Below, piece by piece: positions 57,845 through 64,000 of a DNA stretch of 64,000 nucleotides (positions are counted from its first letter, which is position 1; each line of letters opens with the position of its first letter). Made by a program: the position numbers and the translations under genes. A model generated the notes under the pieces. The model worked only from the letters and a program-made list of their open reading frames with translations, was not told the DNA's origin and ran no database searches. Source of the DNA: Candidatus Edwardsbacteria bacterium RifOxyA12_full_54_48 (GTDB taxonomy: Bacteria; Edwardsbacteria; AC1; EtOH8); NCBI GenBank assembly GCA_001777915.1, contig MFFN01000004.1, positions 425,744-489,743 on the forward strand, given 5' to 3'.

Positions 57845-58852
57845 ATGTCTGACATTAAAACAGCGGTAGTGGGCTGCGGCCAGTGGGGCATCAACCAGGT
57901 CCGGACCTATGCCAATCTGCCCGGGGCTTATTTGGCCTGGCTGGTGGACGCCAGCCCCAAAAATCTTCAGCGGGCAAAAAGCTTCTCCCCGACCGCCAAA
58001 ACGTCCGGGGACCTTAAAGCGGCCCTGGAAGACAAGGATCTCGATGCGGTGGTGATCGCCACCAATTCCGAATCGCACCACGCCCTGGCCAAAATGTCTT
58101 TGGAGGCCGGCAAGCACGTGATGGTGGAGAAGCCCCTGGCCCTGAATGTCAAGGACGCCGAGGAGCTGGTGAAGATCGCCAAGGACAAAGATCTGATATT
58201 GATGACCGGCCACCTGCTGCTGTACCATCCGGCGGTCAGGTATTTGAAGGAGCTGGTGAAATCCGGCGAGCTGGGGCAGATACTGTACCTGTACTCCACC
58301 CGGGTCAACTTGGGCGCCATCCGCAAGAACGAGAACGCCCTGTGGAGCCTGGCCCCCCACGACATCTCGGTGATGCTCTATTTGATGGACCAGAACCCGG
58401 ACCAGGCCCTGGCCAACGGAAAATGCTTCCTGCAGAAGGGCATCGAGGACGTGGTGTTCTTCTCGCTGGATTTCCCCGGCGGGCAGGTGGCCCAGGCCCA
58501 GGTGAGCTGGCTGGACCCCCACAAGATCCGCAAGTTCACGGTGGTGGGCAGCAAGAAGATGGTGACCTTCGACGACATGGAGGCCACCGAGAAGATCCGG
58601 ATCTACGACAAGGGGGTCAACCAGGAGAAGCGCTACGGCAGCTATGACGAGGTGCTGACCCTAAGGGACGGGGATATCCACATCCCGTATTTCAAGATGC
58701 AGGAACCGCTGAAGATAGAGGCCAATCATTTCATCGAATGCGTCAGGGAACACAAGCAGCCCATAAGCGACGGGCAGAACGGGCTGGAGGTGGTGAAGAT
58801 CCTGGCGGCGGTGAGCCTTTCGCTGAAAGAGGAACGAGCGGTCAAAATATAG
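57845..58852 (+). CDS. Gfo/Idh/MocA-family NAD(P)-dependent oxidoreductase (sugar-nucleotide dehydrogenase-like)
   Basis: Rossmann opening KTAVVGCGQWG. Conserved EKPLAL motif. Family-typical C-terminal alpha/beta domain. 335 aa. Confidence 0.8.
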   Translation: MSDIKTAVVGCGQWGINQVRTYANLPGAYLAWLVDASPKNLQRAKSFSPTAKTSGDLKAALEDKDLDAVVIATNSESHHALAKMSLEAGKHVMVEKPLALNVKDAEELVKIAKDKDLILMTGHLLLYHPAVRYLKELVKSGELGQILYLYSTRVNLGAIRKNENALWSLAPHDISVMLYLMDQNPDQALANGKCFLQKGIEDVVFFSLDFPGGQVAQAQVSWLDPHKIRKFTVVGSKKMVTFDDMEATEKIRIYDKGVNQEKRYGSYDEVLTLRDGDIHIPYFKMQEPLKIEANHFIECVREHKQPISDGQNGLEVVKILAAVSLSLKEERAVKI

Positions 58853-58898
58853 ATAAAAGAACGCCCGGGGTCAAGATAATTAATAGAACAAATTTTTA

Positions 58899-58921
58899 GC
58901 CGGTCTTGCGACCGGTTTTTT
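58899..58921 (+). terminator. Rho-independent terminator after the oxidoreductase gene
   Basis: GCCGGTC ttgc GACCGGT followed by TTTTT. Confidence 0.55.
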
Positions 58922-59282
58922 AATTGCCCGGGATGACTCACCCCCCAGCCCCTTCTCTCTGAAGATAGAAGAAGAAAGGGGATTGCTTCGTTTGTAAATC
59001 TTCGTAGTTTTCTCGCAATGACGCGGGAACCGGCTGAAACGGGGTTGGGTCTGAGGCCCGCCCCTTCGATATTTCTAATTAGGGACAGTACGCCGTCAGG
59101 TCTTTGCAATATAAACCAGATTACTTCGTCTGAAAATTAAGGTTGCTTTCTCGTAATGACACTATGCCAAAGGTTAAAAAATCTTTGTGCCTTGGTGCTT
59201 TGGTGGTTGAAACCCCCGTCTGTTATTGCCTAAAATTTAAGCACAATTAATGCTTGCTTTAAACCGGAGGTTGTTATAAAAT

Positions 59283-59300
59283 AAGATGTTAAAACATCTT
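59283..59300. promoter_or_regulatory. 18-bp perfect palindrome AAGATGTTAAAACATCTT, candidate operator overlapping the promoter of the HD-GYP/cyclase operon
   Basis: Perfect inverted repeat immediately 5' of a TTGCCA ... TATAAT-like promoter region, ~55 bp upstream of the ATG at 59357. Confidence 0.4.
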
Positions 59301-59356
59301 TGCCAAATCACTTAGACAATATAATAAACTATAATGCCTTTTCAGGGAGGGATGCC

Positions 59357-61027
59357 ATGCCTGCGCCCAAGAAGAAAAAAACCGTCCACGGGGCCGTCTC
59401 GCGCCGAATGGCCCTGATGCCCACCGCCAAGAGCGAGCTCTCCAGCCTCAAGATGAAGCTGAAGGTGCTCCAAAGGGTCAACGAGATCGCCGCCAGCACC
59501 TTCGATGTCCAGCCGCTGTTGGACCGGGCCATGGACCTGGTGACAGAGATCGCGCCCTCCGAGGCCGGGTCCTTATTACTGCTGTCCTCCGACCGCACAA
59601 CTTTGAAATTCTCCATCGTCAAGGGGTCGGCCTCCGCCAAGCTGGAGGGCCTGGAGATCCCCGTCGGGCAGGGTATCGCCGGCTGGGTGGCCAAGACCGG
59701 CATCCCGCTGACCGTCAACGATGTGGCCTCCGAGCCCAAGTGGAAGAAGGAGATCGCCGATAATGTGGATTTCCCCACCCGCAGCATCCTGTGCGTGCCG
59801 TTGAAATCCCGGGCCGAGGTGATCGGGGTGGTGGAGCTGATCAACAAGCTGAGGGACGAGGACTATAACGACGACGACCTGGAGATCATCGAGCTGCTGG
59901 GAGCCCATCTTTCCACCCTGATAGAGAACAGCCGGCTGTATTCCGAGGCCCGGGAGAAGGTGGAGCGCATCTCCGCCATGGCCGAAACGTCAGCCCTGAT
60001 CTCCTCCTCGCTGGATGTCAAAAGGGTGCTGGAGACGGTGATGAATGTGGCCAAGGACGTCATCGACGCCGAGGCCTCGTCCATATTTTTATACGACGAG
60101 GAGAAGCACGAGTTCTTCTTCGAGATCGCCACCGGCGATGCCGGCGATGCGGTCAAGCAGATCCGGGTGCCCTGGGGCAAGGGGATGGTGGGCTGGGCGG
60201 CCGAGCACATGCAGACCCTGTTGGTGCCGGACGTCACCAAGGACCCCCGCTTCTATTCCAAGGTGGACGAGAAGTCAAAATTCCAGACCCGCAACGCCAT
60301 CACCGTGCCCCTGAAGCCCAAGAACAAGCTGATCGGGGTGGCCCAGGTGCTCAACAAGAAGGGCGGGCTGTTCTCCCGGGAGGACGTGGAACTGTTCGAG
60401 ACCCTGGCCCGCCAGGCGGCGGTGGCCATCGAGAACGCCAGCCTGTACACCGACCTCCAGGAGCTGTTTTTGAATTCCATCCGCACCGTGGTCAGCCTGA
60501 TAGACGCCAAGGACGACTATACCGCCGGCCATTCCTCCCGGGTCACCCAGTACGCCCTGATGATCGCCGACCAATTGGGATATGACACCGAGAACCGCAA
60601 AAGGCTGGAACTGGCGGCCCTGCTGCACGACGTGGGCAAGATCGGGATGCCGGATGCCATCCTTAAAAAACCCTCCGGCCTGACCGCCGAGGAATTCGCC
60701 ATCGTCAAGGACCATCCCAACAAGGGGGCCGAGGCCCTGGAGCCCATCAAGCAGATGAAAGCCATCATCCCCGGGGTGCGCTACCACCACGAGAAGCTGG
60801 ACGGCAAGGGGTATCCGGCCGGCCTGTCCGGCGACCAGGTGCCGATGGACGCCCAGATCATCTGCGTGGGCGACTCCTACGATGCCATGAACTCCGATCG
60901 CCCCTACCGGAAAGGGCTGGGGATGGAGGAATCGGTCCGAAGATTGCGCCAGGACAGCGGAACCCAGTTCAATCCCAAACTGGTGGAAGCATTCGTATCG
61001 GCTTTAGAGAATGAGGAGAAGAAATGA
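59357..61027 (+). CDS. GAF-GAF-HD-GYP protein (putative c-di-GMP phosphodiesterase); start at MPAPKKKK with AGGGAGGG RBS
   Basis: Two GAF-like domains (..GIAGWVAKTG.., ..GMVGWAAEH..). HD-GYP motifs HDVGKIG and HHEKLDGKGYP. Confidence 0.8.
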   Translation: MPAPKKKKTVHGAVSRRMALMPTAKSELSSLKMKLKVLQRVNEIAASTFDVQPLLDRAMDLVTEIAPSEAGSLLLLSSDRTTLKFSIVKGSASAKLEGLEIPVGQGIAGWVAKTGIPLTVNDVASEPKWKKEIADNVDFPTRSILCVPLKSRAEVIGVVELINKLRDEDYNDDDLEIIELLGAHLSTLIENSRLYSEAREKVERISAMAETSALISSSLDVKRVLETVMNVAKDVIDAEASSIFLYDEEKHEFFFEIATGDAGDAVKQIRVPWGKGMVGWAAEHMQTLLVPDVTKDPRFYSKVDEKSKFQTRNAITVPLKPKNKLIGVAQVLNKKGGLFSREDVELFETLARQAAVAIENASLYTDLQELFLNSIRTVVSLIDAKDDYTAGHSSRVTQYALMIADQLGYDTENRKRLELAALLHDVGKIGMPDAILKKPSGLTAEEFAIVKDHPNKGAEALEPIKQMKAIIPGVRYHHEKLDGKGYPAGLSGDQVPMDAQIICVGDSYDAMNSDRPYRKGLGMEESVRRLRQDSGTQFNPKLVEAFVSALENEEKK

Positions 61028-63297
61028 GCAATGTCATAAGGAGCAAAAAGACCACCGGGGCCCTGGTGGGCATCGCCGTGGTGGCCGCGGTGCTGGCTAT
61101 ATCATATCTATTTCCCAGCCTGTTCCAGGGCATGGAGAACAAGACCTACGACCTTCGTTATCGACTGCGGGTAGGGCAGATGGGAGAGCAGGACATAGAT
61201 GATGTCATTATAGTGGACATCGACGACCAGTCCCTGGCCAAGCTGGGGCGTTTCTACAACTGGCCACGACTGTACCACGCCAAGGTGGCCGACTACCTGG
61301 CCCAAGGCGGGGCTTCGGCAGTGGCTTTCGACATCTTCTTTGTGGAGAGTGACAGCCTGATGCCGGATGTTGTCCAGCTGTTTGAGGATGCCAAGACAGA
61401 GAATATATCATCACAACTGAAGGACCTGAAGATACCGCTAACCCCCGCCCAGCTCACCTCGACCATAGATGCGGTGCTTTACTCTTGGGGATACGACCTT
61501 GATTTTGCCGCCGCCACCAGGTCCAGCGGCAACGTCTACTTTCCCTTCTACCTTACCACTGGCGAACCGGACGACAGCTCCGACCTTGGCACGCGTAAAT
61601 ATTCCTACCTTCTTCCGGCAGATGCCACCGAAAAATTCAAATATCTTAACATTGCCGGGGACCTGTACCAGGTGGCCAGCATCTTCCCGCCGGTGCCGGT
61701 CCTGCTGGAATCGGCCCGGGGAACAGGGTATTACAACATTGAATTGGATGAAGACGGGACGGCCCGAAGGATCCCGTTATTTATGGCCCTCAACGACCAC
61801 AGTTATCCATCCATGGACTTCCAAATAGTGCTGGATAAAATGGGGGTGGGCAAGGACCAAGTTGCCGTCGAACTGGGAAAGTTTATAAAATGCGGAGACA
61901 AACTAAAGATCCCCATTGACAATGAAGGCCGGATGCTGATCAGCTATTTCGGGCAATTCAAGAAATTCCGGTATATTTCTTATTCCGACGTGTTGATGGA
62001 ACTGGTGCCGGCCGAGTATTTCAAAGACAAGATAGTGATCGTCGGGGCCACCGCCGCCGGCCTGATGGACCTGCGGGTGGTGCCGTTCTCCAACCAGTTT
62101 CCCGGGCCGGAGATCCATGCCAATATCATGGAGACATTGCTTACCGGAAAGTTCGTGACAGTGGTCTCCTGGCATATACAACTGGCCCTGCTGATAGCGA
62201 TCGGCCTGCTGACGGTATTCGTTTCCCTAAGGTTCAAGCCGGTCAATTCCGGTCTGATCCTGACCGGGCTGGTGGTGGCTTATTTTGTGGCCGCAACGGC
62301 GCTGTTCGACAAATCATTGATCTGGGTGGAGATGGTGCGCCCGCTGGCGGTGGTGCTGTTCACCAACATGGCCATCCTGGGGTATCGCTATCTGACCGAG
62401 GAGAAACAGAAGGTCTGGATCAAGAACATGTTCCAGGGCTACATGTCCAAGGATCTGGTGGACAAGATAATGGCCAACCCCGAGATGCTGCTGATGGGCG
62501 GCGACAAGAAGGAGGTCACGGTCTTCTTCTCCGACATCAAGGGCTTTTCTAGCTTCTCTGAGAAACTGGGGACCCCGGAACGCCTGATCGCCCTGATCAA
62601 CGAGTACCTGGGGGCCATGTCCGATGTGGTGCTGGAATACGGCGGCTACATCAGCAAGTACGAGGGCGACGCCATCATGGCCTTCTGGGGCGCCCCCACC
62701 GACGACCCCAAGCACGCCGAGACATGCATCAAATGCGTCTGGGCCATGAACCAGCGTCTGCAGATACTCAATGCCGACCTGGCCAAGAGGAACATGCCCA
62801 ATCTTTTCACCCGGTTCGGGATGAACACCGGCATGGTGACGGTGGGCAACGTGGGTTCGGAAAAGAAGAAGAGCTACACCGCCATGGGAGACTCCATCAA
62901 CCTGGGCTCGCGGCTGGAGGGGGCCAACAAGGAATATGGCACGGCCATCATGATGTCGGAGTTCACCTACGCCAAGGTCAAGGGCCTGTACCCGGTGCGG
63001 GAGCTGGACATGCTGCGGGTGGTGGGCAAGGAACAGCCGGTGCGGGTGTACGAACTGCTGGGTCTGTCCCAGGCCGACGTCAGCGAAAAGAAAAAGAAGG
63101 CGGTGGAGATCTACCTGAAGGGCCTGGAGCTTTATCGGGGCAAGCAGTGGGACCAGGCTGAGGCCGTGTTCCGGCAGGCCCTGGAAGTGGATCCCGAAGA
63201 CGGACCCAGCCAGGCCTACATCGGCCGCTGCGAGGATTTCAAGGTGCTGCCGCCGCCGGAGAACTGGGACGGCGTGTTCGTGATGAAGACCAAGTAG
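61024..63297 (+). CDS. CHASE2 sensor domain + class III adenylate/guanylate cyclase catalytic domain + C-terminal TPR
   Basis: N-terminal TM then CHASE2 block (VIIVDIDDQSLAKLGRFYNWPR...AVAFDIFF). Three more TM helices. Cyclase motifs (VTVFFSDIKGFSSFSE ... YEGDAIMAFWGAP ... GMNTGMVTVGNVGS). TPR tail. ATGA overlap with upstream HD-GYP gene. Confidence 0.8.
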   Translation: MSNVIRSKKTTGALVGIAVVAAVLAISYLFPSLFQGMENKTYDLRYRLRVGQMGEQDIDDVIIVDIDDQSLAKLGRFYNWPRLYHAKVADYLAQGGASAVAFDIFFVESDSLMPDVVQLFEDAKTENISSQLKDLKIPLTPAQLTSTIDAVLYSWGYDLDFAAATRSSGNVYFPFYLTTGEPDDSSDLGTRKYSYLLPADATEKFKYLNIAGDLYQVASIFPPVPVLLESARGTGYYNIELDEDGTARRIPLFMALNDHSYPSMDFQIVLDKMGVGKDQVAVELGKFIKCGDKLKIPIDNEGRMLISYFGQFKKFRYISYSDVLMELVPAEYFKDKIVIVGATAAGLMDLRVVPFSNQFPGPEIHANIMETLLTGKFVTVVSWHIQLALLIAIGLLTVFVSLRFKPVNSGLILTGLVVAYFVAATALFDKSLIWVEMVRPLAVVLFTNMAILGYRYLTEEKQKVWIKNMFQGYMSKDLVDKIMANPEMLLMGGDKKEVTVFFSDIKGFSSFSEKLGTPERLIALINEYLGAMSDVVLEYGGYISKYEGDAIMAFWGAPTDDPKHAETCIKCVWAMNQRLQILNADLAKRNMPNLFTRFGMNTGMVTVGNVGSEKKKSYTAMGDSINLGSRLEGANKEYGTAIMMSEFTYAKVKGLYPVRELDMLRVVGKEQPVRVYELLGLSQADVSEKKKKAVEIYLKGLELYRGKQWDQAEAVFRQALEVDPEDGPSQAYIGRCEDFKVLPPPENWDGVFVMKTK

Positions 63298-63311
63298 AGA
63301 ATCTGATCGAT

Positions 63312-63333
63312 CCCCTCCTTGATCAAGGAGGGG
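63312..63333. repeat. 22-bp hairpin repeat CCCCTCCTT gatc AAGGAGGGG (copy 1; also a terminator for the cyclase gene)
   Basis: 9-bp perfect stem. A near-identical copy sits on the other side of the DUF559 gene. Confidence 0.6.
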
Positions 63334-63364
63334 ATAAAGGGGTGGTCTAAAAAGCTATGGGGTA

Positions 63365-63727
63365 TTGCGTATGGCGCAATTGCACAATAAACCAGAATAT
63401 CAACAAAGAAGAAAATTTCTGCGTAATAACTCAACCCGGGCCGAGATAATACTCTGGCGATTTTTAAAGAAAAAACAATTGAACGGTTTGAAGTTCCGGC
63501 GCCAGCACAGCATCGGCGGGTTTATTGTTGACTTTTATTGCCCCGAAAAAAGGCTGGCCATAGAGCTGGACGGCGACGTTCACGAAGAGAAAAAACAAGC
63601 GACCTATGATAAAGCCCGGCAGAAGACCATAGAGGCCCTGGGAATAAAAGTGTTAAGATTTACCAATGAAGACGTTATACAAAACGTAGAGGATGTGCTT
63701 AAGGCCATATCGGCTGAAGCCTGTTGA
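63365..63727 (+). CDS. DUF559 / Vsr-like endonuclease-domain protein
   Basis: TRAEIILWRFLKKKQLNGLKFRRQHSIGGFIVDFYCPEKRLAIELDGDVHEE...D...R...LGIKVLRF matches DUF559 pattern. 120 aa. Confidence 0.75.
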   Translation: MRMAQLHNKPEYQQRRKFLRNNSTRAEIILWRFLKKKQLNGLKFRRQHSIGGFIVDFYCPEKRLAIELDGDVHEEKKQATYDKARQKTIEALGIKVLRFTNEDVIQNVEDVLKAISAEAC

Positions 63728-63738
63728 CCACCCCCTAC

Positions 63739-63760
63739 CCCCTCCTTGAATAAGGAGGGG
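63739..63760. repeat. 22-bp hairpin repeat CCCCTCCTT gaat AAGGAGGGG (copy 2)
   Basis: Same 9-bp arms as the copy at 63312..63333; only the loop differs (gatc vs gaat). Confidence 0.6.
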
Positions 63761-63792
63761 ATGATAAAAGGCAGTTATATTGTGAGAGCGAT

Positions 63793-64000
63793 ATGAAAAA
63801 AGTAATTTTTGGTACCTGTTTGCTTTTGCTTCATGGTGTTTTGCTAAATGCCCAACAAACCGATACCACTTTGGTAAAAACGGACACATTGCCAAAGTAT
63901 GGAGTTTTAAAAGTGATGGTTTTGGATTCTGATACCAAAGAGCCGTTGCCTGATATAAAAATATATATCAAAGGGAAACGAGATACTGTAATAACAGATT
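63793..64000 (+). CDS. 5' fragment (cut by window end) of a secreted protein starting with a CarboxypepD_reg-like domain (typical of TonB-dependent receptor / SusC-like N-termini)
   Basis: Signal peptide MKKVIFGTCLLLLHGVLLNA. GVLKVMVLDSDTKEPLPDIKIYIKG resembles carboxypeptidase-regulatory-like beta-sandwich openings. Markedly lower GC than surrounding genes. Confidence 0.5.
   Translation, partial: MKKVIFGTCLLLLHGVLLNAQQTDTTLVKTDTLPKYGVLKVMVLDSDTKEPLPDIKIYIKGKRDTVITD

Noticed and set aside
58922-59356. Possible c-di-GMP riboswitch in the long leader of the HD-GYP operon
   Set aside because: I could not recognise GEMM-I/II consensus elements by eye. Kept only as a hypothesis to test with Infernal, not annotated as ncRNA.
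1-64000. tRNA, rRNA, tmRNA/SRP RNA genes and CRISPR arrays
   Set aside because: All intergenic stretches were inspected. No cloverleaf-compatible ~75-nt segment with GTTCRANYC T-loop, no rRNA-like conserved blocks, and no regularly spaced direct repeats were seen.

Overview
The window is about 60% GC bacterial chromosomal DNA. It looks like an uncultured/candidate-phylum organism: three secreted proteins end in a Por_Secre_tail / T9SS-type C-terminal sorting domain and there are many OMP beta-barrels. It spans the replication-origin neighbourhood. On the + strand the conserved order is mnmG(gidA) ... rsmG(gidB) ... parA ... parB ... [DnaA-box cluster] dnaA - dnaN, stretched by inserted genes. 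Two perfect parS palindromes (TGTTTCACGTGAAACA) lie about 33 kb upstream of dnaA. Other identifiable content, in order: tyrS-pseudouridine synthase operon; ankyrin/MBL-fold fusion; tldD-pmbA pair; DUF5916/CBM9-like outer-membrane protein; TPR plus double-retropepsin aspartic protease; S41 peptidase; MarR-GNAT fusion; ilvE; LiaF-like protein; a 65-aa stand-alone MshEN-like putative c-di-GMP-binding mini-protein; two EamA/DMT transporters; a ChlI-like AAA+ / VWA pair; HAD hydrolase; subtilisin (S8) with T9SS-type tail; AMP-ligase/ACP/PlsC tri-domain fusion; Ca-type P-type ATPase; flavodoxin-ferredoxin fusion; three M42 (TET-like) aminopeptidase paralogs; response-regulator receiver; M23 peptidase; BY-kinase (Wzc-like) with poly-Tyr tail; Gfo/Idh/MocA oxidoreductase; a GAF-GAF-HD-GYP phosphodiesterase translationally coupled to a CHASE2 class-III nucleotidyl cyclase behind a 430-nt leader with repeats and an 18-bp palindrome; and a DUF559 endonuclease-like gene flanked by near-identical hairpins. 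No rRNA, tRNA or CRISPR array was recognised. Long reverse-strand ORFs overlapping these genes are high-GC shadow ORFs. Everything rests on motif recognition by eye; no database search was run.
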